DNA of 64,000 nucleotides from a virus: IMG/VR virus record IMGVR_UViG_2974645756_000001, positions 58,062-122,061 of that record; one strand, written 5' to 3'. The translations under genes and the position numbers were made by a program. Below the pieces are notes generated by a model. It ran no database searches. It was not told the DNA's origin and worked only from the letters and a program-made list of their open reading frames with translations. Positions 50,570-59,740 of this stretch are shown here, in pieces. The stretch's first letter is position 1. Each line of letters opens with the position of its first letter.

Positions 50570-51000
50570 TGAAAAAGTTCACCAATTATGCTAAGTTAAT
50601 CGTTGAAGATTTACGTGAATTATCAAAGATAAAGACTAAATTAACTGTAAATACTATTGTTTATAGTTCTGCTCATGGTGATGAGCGAAAGTCTAGAGAT
50701 TTAAAGAATTTGATTGATGATTCAGAAATTATAAAATCAATTCAACGTGCATTTCCAAAATTACATGATTCTATATTGAATGGTATTTTAAGGGTTGATA
50801 GAAATCCACCAAAAACAAAAGGTAAATACAATCCACCAACGGATACTATTTTCGGAATCACAGATACAAAGAATGATTTAAATATTGTGGCAACCTTAGC
50901 AAAGAGTGAGGATTATAAAACAATTAATGCGGTTATCATTACCGTAATTAAAAAGAAAGGTTTTGTATTTAAAAATTTAGCCGTACAAATAGAAGTTTAA
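50569..51000 (+). CDS. hypothetical protein, possible BECR-fold RNase-like
   Basis: SAHGDERKSR (H..ER..R) and a C-terminal VIITVI strand. Confidence 0.4.
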   Translation: MKKFTNYAKLIVEDLRELSKIKTKLTVNTIVYSSAHGDERKSRDLKNLIDDSEIIKSIQRAFPKLHDSILNGILRVDRNPPKTKGKYNPPTDTIFGITDTKNDLNIVATLAKSEDYKTINAVIITVIKKKGFVFKNLAVQIEV

Positions 51001-51019
51001 CGTAAATAATTTATTCAGA

Positions 51020-51448
51020 ATGGAAATTACTATAAAAAATTTAAAATTAGTTGATTCAATAATTACACAAAAACTAACAGAAGACCACATAAAAAACACA
51101 GTATCTACTGTACTATTACAGGGTATTAAAAATTTACAATTCACATACGAAAATGAATTAGGCGAAACATATTTAGAAAGTGTTGTGTTAAATTTCGAAG
51201 TTGTTCGAGATAATGATGGTGATTTTAGAGTTGTTTTTGATGATAATTTATATTTATTTGATGATACAAATAGAAGAAGTCTAAATGGCATTTATGTAGT
51301 ACCAGTTATTGACTCAACATTCAGTAAACTAATGAAATATTCTTTTGTTGATGGTGCTGAAATTAGATTTTATGAAATATTCCATTCAAATCTTAGTGAA
51401 TTTATTAATGGTATGGTTGGGGTTAAAGTTACAAACGATGACATCTAA
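51020..51448 (+). CDS. hypothetical protein
   Basis: 142-aa ORF. Confidence 0.6.
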   Translation: MEITIKNLKLVDSIITQKLTEDHIKNTVSTVLLQGIKNLQFTYENELGETYLESVVLNFEVVRDNDGDFRVVFDDNLYLFDDTNRRSLNGIYVVPVIDSTFSKLMKYSFVDGAEIRFYEIFHSNLSEFINGMVGVKVTNDDI

Positions 51449-52040
51449 ATACACCGAGGTTAGATTATTCTTTGAAATACCTACAGAATTTAATAAGGTA
51501 GAAACCCATCGTGTTTTATTAAAACTAAATGTAGTTTTAGAATCTAATTCGGATGCAGATAACCACCTTTCTGATATAAATAAAAAATGGATTATTGATG
51601 AGTTAAATTTCTATGATGGTATAAATAATTGGGATGTTTATTCAACAAAGGTTGTTGATGGTCACCTAGAGGAAGAAAGTGCCTCATTTATCATACGCAA
51701 GACCAAAAAACAGATGTTAGCAGAGAAGTTATTAGCAGAGAAGAGAAAAGAACATTCTACTGTATTAAAAACCAAGCCTAATTTTGATGGTGAGTATGTT
51801 ATATTTGGTTCATATAAGTATGATTTATACACTTTATCATATCTTTGGGGTCGATATACTAGAAACGAAAAATATAACGATAATGGGTTGTATTTGGGTA
51901 AGCGTGATCGAACAGAAGTTATTGAAGAACCAAAACTAACTGCTGGTATATTTATATTCTGTTATGATGGGTATAGATACGAAGTTAAAATAAATAGATA
52001 TATTGCACATTCGGTATATAAAGTCGAAGAGCAATATTAA
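51438..52040 (+). CDS. hypothetical protein
   Basis: start moved to ATG 51438. Confidence 0.6.
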   Translation: MTSKYTEVRLFFEIPTEFNKVETHRVLLKLNVVLESNSDADNHLSDINKKWIIDELNFYDGINNWDVYSTKVVDGHLEEESASFIIRKTKKQMLAEKLLAEKRKEHSTVLKTKPNFDGEYVIFGSYKYDLYTLSYLWGRYTRNEKYNDNGLYLGKRDRTEVIEEPKLTAGIFIFCYDGYRYEVKINRYIAHSVYKVEEQY

Positions 52041-52049
52041 AAATAATTT

Positions 52050-52127
52050 AAAAAGCATTTGGAATATCCAAATGCTTTTTGTATTTTGTATAGTAAATGT
52101 GAAACATTAACTATGGTGAAAGCCATC
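52050..52127 (+). promoter_or_regulatory. stem-loop + promoter + two-hairpin leader cassette
   Basis: AAAAAGCATTTGGA-ATA-TCCAAATGCTTTTT, a TATTTTG promoter-like element, AATGT-GAA-ACATT and ATGGT-GAAA-GCCAT; the stem-loop/promoter part recurs at 52882..52920 and 59426..59470. Confidence 0.7.
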
Positions 52128-52146
52128 TAATAATTAAACAGACGAT

Positions 52147-52875
52147 ATGTTAAATATAGGTTTTTCTAATAAGTATTTTACCCTGTGGGATGTTTGTGAA
52201 TCAACCGAATATAATTCTAATGGGTTACCATATAAAACTACAAGTTATATGTATATCCAAAACTTATCCATTGATAAAGATTCTGCTTTAAATAAAGCAT
52301 ATAATTTAGGATGTAAATCTAAAATTGTTGACTATTCATTAAAGGGTACTAAGGGATGGATTACAAAAGAAAAATTATATTCAGATATACCAAAACATTT
52401 AGCACCATTTTTTATGTTTGGTAAATACTGTGATGAGAATATTTTTGATTGTACAGACTACAAGTATTTATATTGGTACTATTCGGAAACTAATAACATT
52501 CCAGCTAAAAAAGTTCTATTGAATAATGGATATTTTGAACATAATGGGGATTTATTATCTGAATCTGAATATAATAAAATCAATAAACTAAATAAAATTA
52601 TATCAAATATTGGTGATACTATCATAATAACGTGTGATAGAAATTTAAAAGTTGATGATGATTATAACGCATATGGATATTTTGAAGTATCAGATGATAT
52701 AAAATTACCATTTTACTTTAATGATTTCAAAGTATATGATTATCGTGGTATTGAGTATGCATTACCAACAATAAACGGTGCTGGAAAGAGGATAAAAAAC
52801 AAACAATTAGAAATTAAAGTATCGGAAGTAACTTCTGATGTTGATATAATTGTTGAATCATTTAAAATATTTTAA
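52147..52875 (+). CDS. hypothetical protein
   Basis: 242 aa; FGKY..E.I....D..YL.W motif. Confidence 0.65.
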   Translation: MLNIGFSNKYFTLWDVCESTEYNSNGLPYKTTSYMYIQNLSIDKDSALNKAYNLGCKSKIVDYSLKGTKGWITKEKLYSDIPKHLAPFFMFGKYCDENIFDCTDYKYLYWYYSETNNIPAKKVLLNNGYFEHNGDLLSESEYNKINKLNKIISNIGDTIIITCDRNLKVDDDYNAYGYFEVSDDIKLPFYFNDFKVYDYRGIEYALPTINGAGKRIKNKQLEIKVSEVTSDVDIIVESFKIF

Positions 52876-52946
52876 GAAATAATTTGGATATTCCAAATAC
52901 TTTTTGTATTTTTGTATAGTAATAATTAAACAATAAATAAAATCTT

Positions 52947-53738
52947 ATGAATACGTACAATTACTTAAAAGATATGCCTATTTCAGAGGTGTATAATCGA
53001 GTGGCTAAAATTGATTTTAGCCACTTCACAAAACAATGTTCAAATAGACCAAAAGAACTTGGATACACTAGTGTAAACGAGTATAACGATGAACTTAAAT
53101 ACTTGGTTAAATTGTCTTGGTGTCTAGTTTATGAAGCACTAGGGCTACCATGGGGTAACAACATCAATATTAAATCACATGGCAGATTTGGTGACACAAA
53201 TTTCAAAACACGAATAGAACCATCTGTAAGTGGTGAGTTAGTTAATGTTGCTGTAGTTGATTATTATTTGATGAACTTATATTCAATGTTATTAATTAAT
53301 GCATATGGTATTGAGTATGGTATACCACATTTTGGTGAAGTTTATGAGTTGATGGTTAAATTACGTAAATATTCTAAAAAGATTGAATATTTAGGTGAAA
53401 CTGGCAGAAACTTAACATATGATTTGAAGTGTTTAATTAACGCATCATATCTATACATCACACATCATAAATTTCAAATTGAAAGGTATGGTAAAACAAC
53501 AAATAACATATTTAACGACTTATATAATGAGGTTATTGGTGATGTTTTGAAGAAATATAAGAATGATGTTTTGATAATGGATATTGACCATATTGTTTTA
53601 GTTAATGGTAGTGAGGGTCATATGAAGTTAAAGCAGATTATAAAGGATAACAAAATAAAGTATCGTAAGAAAGTTTATAGAGCGTTCGAATATATTGTAT
53701 ACAATAAAATAGATAGGTTTAATAACAAAAAGAAATAA
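52947..53738 (+). CDS. miniature family-B DNA polymerase-like protein (palm/fingers only)
   Basis: EP..G...NVAVVD...LY (motif A), LRK..KK, LKCLINASY (motif B), DIDH (motif C-like); no exonuclease domain. Confidence 0.55.
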   Translation: MNTYNYLKDMPISEVYNRVAKIDFSHFTKQCSNRPKELGYTSVNEYNDELKYLVKLSWCLVYEALGLPWGNNINIKSHGRFGDTNFKTRIEPSVSGELVNVAVVDYYLMNLYSMLLINAYGIEYGIPHFGEVYELMVKLRKYSKKIEYLGETGRNLTYDLKCLINASYLYITHHKFQIERYGKTTNNIFNDLYNEVIGDVLKKYKNDVLIMDIDHIVLVNGSEGHMKLKQIIKDNKIKYRKKVYRAFEYIVYNKIDRFNNKKK

Positions 53739-53740
53739 TC

Positions 53741-54859
53741 ATGTCACACGAAAACGACCCATTTAAAATAAAAAATTATAAAGTAGTAAGAGGTCATAGA
53801 GAGTTTGATATTTTATTCGAAACTGTTGTTGGTTCTGTAGCATATGGAACAAACGTTGATGGTTCAGATATTGATATCAAAGGAGTGTTTTTACAACCAC
53901 TTTCAGACCAATTATTATATGGTAAAATCCAACAAATTGTTGTTGATAAGGATACTGTTTATTATGAACTTAGTAGAGTTATTGAATTAATTTCAGTAGG
54001 TAATCCAACAATGTTAGAGATGCTGTTCATGCCGAATAGATGTATTAGATACATGACCAAAGAATTTAGAGAAGTGATGTATAATGATGATACAAGACGT
54101 TCATTTATTACTATGAATTGTCGTAAAAGTTTCTGTGGTTATGCATACCAACAAATAAAAAAGGCTAGTGGATTAAATAAGTTGATGAACTTCGAAAAGG
54201 ATGGATACTTTTCTGAACCTAAGGATGTTCTTGATTTTTGTTATGTATTTAACGATAGATTAGGTATTACAGAACCTGTAAAGGACTTATTATACAGAAG
54301 AAATCCACACGCAAGAAAGCAGGAAAATTATGGTCTTGTTAAGTGTAACCATACCATTAACACATTCTTTGTGTATTATTTCAATGAGTCAATGGAAAAG
54401 CGACCTAGTGGATTTATTGGAAGTGATTCTAATGAATTAAGAACATCATTAGTACCTAAGGGTATGCAGGTTGATTTTATTGTTCAATTTAATCATGGTG
54501 CATATAAAGAACACAAAAAGAAACACAAACAATATAAAACATGGATAAAGGAAAGAAATACACAGAGGTATGTTGATTCTAAAACCCATGGACAAAAGAT
54601 TGATGGTAAGAATTTATTACATTGTGTTAGATTGATTGAAATGGGTCGAGAACTAGCAGAACAAAGATGGATGAACGTTGAACGCCCAAATGCAAAAGAG
54701 TTAATTAAAATTAGAAAGGGTGAGGTTAATTTGAGTGAATTATTAGATAAGTCTGAGAAACAATTGAGAGAGGTTGAAGATGTTTTCAGGGAATCTAAAT
54801 TACCAAAAAACGTTTCACCAAAGTTAGTAAGAGATATTAAAACAAAATTTTATTTATAA
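53741..54859 (+). CDS. RlaP-like (Pol-beta superfamily) nucleotidyltransferase
   Basis: GSVAYGTN..SDIDIKG, YEL, NPTMLE, GYAYQQ, DGKNLLHCVRL. Confidence 0.82.
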   Translation: MSHENDPFKIKNYKVVRGHREFDILFETVVGSVAYGTNVDGSDIDIKGVFLQPLSDQLLYGKIQQIVVDKDTVYYELSRVIELISVGNPTMLEMLFMPNRCIRYMTKEFREVMYNDDTRRSFITMNCRKSFCGYAYQQIKKASGLNKLMNFEKDGYFSEPKDVLDFCYVFNDRLGITEPVKDLLYRRNPHARKQENYGLVKCNHTINTFFVYYFNESMEKRPSGFIGSDSNELRTSLVPKGMQVDFIVQFNHGAYKEHKKKHKQYKTWIKERNTQRYVDSKTHGQKIDGKNLLHCVRLIEMGRELAEQRWMNVERPNAKELIKIRKGEVNLSELLDKSEKQLREVEDVFRESKLPKNVSPKLVRDIKTKFYL

Positions 54860-54861
54860 TC

Positions 54862-55517
54862 ATGCCAAAAGTAGGAGTAGTTAAATTAGATGAATTTGGC
54901 GAGTACACAGGTCAATCAACTTTTAGTGGTACAGCATCAATACCTATTCATTACAGTTTTCAAAAAATAAATTTTATTTCAATAGTGATGATTTAACTAA
55001 GATAGGTATTGACCCAATAACATCAACAACATCAGCTAAATCACGTGATGGTGCAATTGCTTTACTAGAGTTTGAGTTAGGTAGAGCATCAAACAAAGAA
55101 AAGTATTTATGGTTTAATGTTGTATTTAATCTTGATAGTAAACTAGAAACCAATGAAGTTTCTAAGAAAATAACGGATTATGCTTATGGTAGTCGTGTAA
55201 ACTCTTCAATAATTGAGTTTTCTTATGGTAAGTGTTTAAAGGCTATCACACCACATGCAAATGAACTTATATACATTAAAACCGATGATAATTTCGTTGA
55301 ACTTAAACGAAAGTCAACTATTTATCAACAACGTAATGTGTTCATAAAATACACCCAACAAAGAGAAGAGTTCCTAAAAAGCATTGTTGATGGAATCCAA
55401 ACAATAAATGATAAGTTATTAACGTTTTTTGTTGATTGTGAAAGTGAAGAGCGTGTTGCAGAACAAATAGACATTATAGAAAATTCAAAAAACTTATTAG
55501 GTGCAGGAAGTAAGTAA
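54862..55517 (+). CDS. hypothetical protein (one 1-nt indel)
   Basis: about 218 aa after adding one base near 54970; absent from the ORF track. Confidence 0.45.
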
Positions 55518-56346
55518 CATACTAAATAAAACATTAGATGAGGTTATTGAATGGTATATATCAAGCGATATCTATACCGATGATATTTCAGAACTAAGAG
55601 ATAACAAACCAAAAATAACCTCATCTAAACAAAAACCATATGGTAGCTATAATCGAAGAAAACAATTAATAACAATTTGTAGTGATTTTCTTTCAGTTGT
55701 TATTAAAAAACCACAGGTTGATATTGACTTACACTCATATTATTTACCTAAATTGGGTAGGTATATAGAACATGCATATATTTCAAATAAATCTGCTTTA
55801 TTTGTTATTGTGTTACATGAAGTTGGACACCACATACAAAACCTTAGAAGAAAGTCAATATACCAACAATACATTCACAGAGTATCGTGGCTTAATGATA
55901 GAACATATTCGAATGGTAAAAGTATTAAAACTATAGAATGTGAAACAACATATAATGAACTTGTTTGGTTTGAGTTATCAGGTAATGTTATTTACATTCA
56001 AGAAATATCAAACGATAGAGATAAAGTAAGAGAAATATTCAAAAACAGTTCTTTGAAAATTGAACCATATGTTTGGAGTGGTACTAAATCACCTAGAACA
56101 AAAACTAAGTGGTGTTTAGAATACTATTGTTTACATCATAGTAATCTAGAACTTTTATCCAAAGGTTTTATAAAGTATAAGGATGAAGTATGTGAATGTA
56201 AGATTTACAAGAACAATAGTAAATCAAACAGTTCATATGTATTTCACATGCCAGCAAAGAGTATTGTTATAAAAAACATTAGGTATAAAAATATGTCAAT
56301 AAATAAAACTATAGGAAGTGTGATAAAAAATTTGCACACCAATTAA
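55501..56346 (+). CDS. zincin-like metallopeptidase-domain protein
   Basis: VLHEVGHH (HExxH); start uncertain. Confidence 0.6.
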   Translation: MQEVSNILNKTLDEVIEWYISSDIYTDDISELRDNKPKITSSKQKPYGSYNRRKQLITICSDFLSVVIKKPQVDIDLHSYYLPKLGRYIEHAYISNKSALFVIVLHEVGHHIQNLRRKSIYQQYIHRVSWLNDRTYSNGKSIKTIECETTYNELVWFELSGNVIYIQEISNDRDKVREIFKNSSLKIEPYVWSGTKSPRTKTKWCLEYYCLHHSNLELLSKGFIKYKDEVCECKIYKNNSKSNSSYVFHMPAKSIVIKNIRYKNMSINKTIGSVIKNLHTN

Positions 56347-56371
56347 ATTAGTTTTATATTTGCATATAATT

Positions 56372-56722
56372 ATGAAAGAAATGAAAACTATTTGTCATAA
56401 AGCAGAGTTAGAGTGGGGTGATGTATACACATTCGTTGAGGTTAACGGAACAGCATCAGCTAGAGCATATACATTTAAGGATGGTGATGATGCAATATAT
56501 CTAGAAGCATTATATGTTAATGATTCCGTTAGGCGAAATGGTTATGGTAAGAAGTTACAAGAACTTCGAGAGGAACTTGGAAGAACCTTAGATAAAAGTA
56601 AAAGTATCTTATGGGTTGTTAAGGGAACATGGCAGGAGGAATGGTATAAGCGAAGAGGTTATACATTACTTGCAGAGCGTGTTGAAGATTCCAATACAAT
56701 TTGGATGAGTAAGAAAATATAA
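56372..56722 (+). CDS. GNAT-family acetyltransferase
   Basis: LEALYVNDSVRRNGYGKKL acetyl-CoA motif A; WYKRRGY; promoter at 56355..56362. Confidence 0.85.
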   Translation: MKEMKTICHKAELEWGDVYTFVEVNGTASARAYTFKDGDDAIYLEALYVNDSVRRNGYGKKLQELREELGRTLDKSKSILWVVKGTWQEEWYKRRGYTLLAERVEDSNTIWMSKKI

Positions 56723-57376
56723 TATAACATTGTTAAATACATAAAAATTCCAGTAATTTATTTAAGAACACAGGATGGTAACAACATAATTGAAACCTCG
56801 GTAACAAAAAATTCGGATGGTATTGTTGACTTATAAACAGCACCATATATACAAAATTATTCATTCTTTTTATTAGGTTGTGTAGTTGGTGTAGAGAACC
56901 AAACAGCGTTCATTACATATATTGAAAATCTATCAGAAATTCGTGGATGGTTATGGGAAGATTATTATATGAGAAATAAAGATGCTAAGACCAATAAGGA
57001 GGTTGTAACACAAAAAATCATTGAACAATATGAAATTGTTGCAAAGAGATTCAATTTATGTGTGGTAACTGATTAATAAAATACTATGGAATTAGAAATA
57101 AACGGTGTTAGATATGAAGAAATTCAAATAGAGCCTAAAAAAGAATGATTTCTTCTATGTATAAGGTTTTGATGATGGCTGCAATGTTTGTTGGTATGGC
57201 AGGTTATGGTAATAGTAAAACACTAAATGTAAACATCATTAATGAATTTTAACTAATACAACAAAAGAAAAGTAAATTATCACGTAATGAGCGTGATTGG
57301 GTTGTTGACCAATTCAACAAAAGATTTAAGCGAGTATCATAAACATTTATTATTAACATTTAAACATTTATTAAAC

Positions 57377-57910
57377 ATGCAAAAAGCAATTATTATCATT
57401 TTATTTACATTAGTAACCGCATTAGGTATTGGTTATGTAGTAATGAACATTAGTTATGGAAACCAAGAACAACGCCTAAGAAACTCTATTGAGAATAAAA
57501 TTGAGGCAAACCAATCACATTTTTCAAAGATGCAAAATATCATTTTCGGAAATGCTGAGGTTGCTAAGAAGTATGCTGAGGATTTCAAAAAGATTTATCC
57601 TGATTTAATTGCAGGTAGATATTCAAAGCACCAAGGAAAAATGATGCAATGGGTTCAAGAATCTAATCCGAATTATTCTACTAAACTATTAGAGAATGTA
57701 CAAGTACAAATAACAGCACAACGTGAATCATTCCATACTACACAAACACAATTATTAGATTTAAAACGTGTACATGATGACTTACTAACCACATTTCCTG
57801 GTTCATTCTTCTTATCTGATAAAGAGCAAATCAACGTACCAATCATTAAGAATGCTGGTGTAGAGAAAGTATTTGAGACAGAAACCGAACAACCTAAATC
57901 ATTATTTTAA
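57377..57910 (+). CDS. LemA-like membrane-anchored protein
   Basis: N-terminal TM helix, helical body, C-terminal TFPGSFF. Confidence 0.6.
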   Translation: MQKAIIIILFTLVTALGIGYVVMNISYGNQEQRLRNSIENKIEANQSHFSKMQNIIFGNAEVAKKYAEDFKKIYPDLIAGRYSKHQGKMMQWVQESNPNYSTKLLENVQVQITAQRESFHTTQTQLLDLKRVHDDLLTTFPGSFFLSDKEQINVPIIKNAGVEKVFETETEQPKSLF

Positions 57911-59007
57911 TGGAGTGGGGTTCATTATTGCTACCGATTTTTTTATCAGTAGCTTGTTTTTTTCTATACAAACATAAACTTGTTTGGTTTGAAGTTGTAC
58001 TACCTATATTAGCTAGTTTAATAACCATGTTAATATTTAAGTGGGTTGCTGTGGGTAAGTTGACAGAAGATGTTGAGTTCTACACAAACTATCCAACAGA
58101 AGTTAGATATTATGAAAGATGGAATGAGTATATACACGTAACATGTACACGTACAATATCATGTGGTAAGGATTGTACAACAACCGTAACATATGATTGT
58201 TCATATGTGAGGAATTATAGTGAATATTGGGGAGTATATCTTAATGATGGTTCTAGCTATTATATTTCACAATCAACATATAATTACTATGTTAGATTAT
58301 GGAAAGCAACACCAAAATTTGTTAATATGCATCGTGATTATCATTCTATTGATGGTGATATGTACAAAGCTAAATGGAATGGTGATTTCAATACAATTGA
58401 CCCATGGGTTCGTAAACACACCTACGAAAATAAAGTACAGGCGGTTAATTCTGTAATGAAATTTAGTGAACTATCTGAGGAACAAAAGAAAGGTTTATAT
58501 GATTACCCACCAGTTAAGAACAATGAGCAGGATGCGTGTTTAGGTTGTAATATTTCTGATAATGATTTTCTAAATAAATTGAATGCTGTTTATGGTAGGT
58601 CAAAGGAAATTAGAGTTTTAGTATTGGTATTTGATAATCCTGATATAAGTATAGCTGAGTTACAGCAATCATTTTGGAAAGGTGGTAATAAGAATGAGTT
58701 AGTTGTTTGTTTCGATAAGAATAATAAATGGGCAAAGGCGTTCTCATGGTCTGATGATAAGCTATTAGAAACTGAATTGAATATTTTATTCCGTGATAGT
58801 TCATTGACAACAAAACAAAAGATAGCAAAGATGTATAAATTAATCCCAACTAAATGGAAGCGTAAAAACTTCTCGGATTTTGATTATATAAAAATTGATT
58901 TAACACCTAAACAATTGATATATCTATACATCATAACATTTATTATTAGTCTTGGTTTTTTGTTATGGGGAATCCATAATGATATTGATGAAGATACATT
59001 TTATTAG
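57910..59007 (+). CDS. membrane protein with a large soluble domain, partner of the LemA-like gene
   Basis: two N-terminal TM helices, Cys-containing loop, WKGGNKNELVV, C-terminal TM helix. Confidence 0.65.
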   Translation: MEWGSLLLPIFLSVACFFLYKHKLVWFEVVLPILASLITMLIFKWVAVGKLTEDVEFYTNYPTEVRYYERWNEYIHVTCTRTISCGKDCTTTVTYDCSYVRNYSEYWGVYLNDGSSYYISQSTYNYYVRLWKATPKFVNMHRDYHSIDGDMYKAKWNGDFNTIDPWVRKHTYENKVQAVNSVMKFSELSEEQKKGLYDYPPVKNNEQDACLGCNISDNDFLNKLNAVYGRSKEIRVLVLVFDNPDISIAELQQSFWKGGNKNELVVCFDKNNKWAKAFSWSDDKLLETELNILFRDSSLTTKQKIAKMYKLIPTKWKRKNFSDFDYIKIDLTPKQLIYLYIITFIISLGFLLWGIHNDIDEDTFY

Positions 59008-59009
59008 AT

Positions 59010-59315
59010 ATGAATAACAGAATATACCCAAAATTTAAAGCAACAAATGAATTACTTGATAAATTACCTAACAAGTATGGTGAACTTGGTCACCCTAATA
59101 GAAATACTATAGATTTATCTAAAGTAACTCATATAATTAAAAGTGTAAGTAAAAAGAAAAATAAGCTACCTAGAAAGAAAAAGAAAGCATTTATCAAAAA
59201 GTATGGTATATATGAATATAGACTTAAATTCAAACCATCTATTGCATATGATATTGAGTTCTTTGATACTAAACATGGCAAACTTGCAAGAGAACTTTAT
59301 AATAAAAAGAAATAG
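59010..59315 (+). CDS. basic hypothetical protein
   Basis: 101 aa; KLPRKKKK. Confidence 0.55.
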   Translation: MNNRIYPKFKATNELLDKLPNKYGELGHPNRNTIDLSKVTHIIKSVSKKKNKLPRKKKKAFIKKYGIYEYRLKFKPSIAYDIEFFDTKHGKLARELYNKKK

Positions 59316-59489
59316 GTTGTTCAATACGAAGTTTTGGACATTTATCGGAAGATAATAAAACCATAAAAGATTGTCATATTATATCGGTTGATTTATTACC
59401 AATATCTGAATTATAAAATAATTAAAAAAAGCATTTGGATAATTCAAATGCTTTTTGTAGTTTTGTCTAGTAATTAAAATAGATTAAAA

Positions 59490-59738
59490 ATGAGTAATAA
59501 CCCTGAATATAATTTAACATTCATTGAAGCCTTTGAAAAGGTTATCTATAATGGTACATGTGTGCGTGGTGAGAACTTCAAAAAAGGTGTATATTTAAAA
59601 TGTTCTGATAGAGGTGAATTAGTAACAGTAGATGCTAAACATTTTTATAAAGCCACACCACACCCTTGGATTGATTCATTAAAGAATCAGAAGTATAGAG
59701 AATTGAGCGTAATGACATTAAAAGAATTAAGTAAATAA
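59490..59738 (+). CDS. small hypothetical protein
   Basis: follows a stem-loop+TAGTTTTG cassette. Confidence 0.6.
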   Translation: MSNNPEYNLTFIEAFEKVIYNGTCVRGENFKKGVYLKCSDRGELVTVDAKHFYKATPHPWIDSLKNQKYRELSVMTLKELSK

Positions 59739-59740
59739 AG

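Noticed and set aside
56728-56740. CATTGTTAAATAC as another class II promoter
   Set aside because: Perfect motif match, but it may lie inside a short frameshifted reading frame and has no clear downstream start; left uncounted
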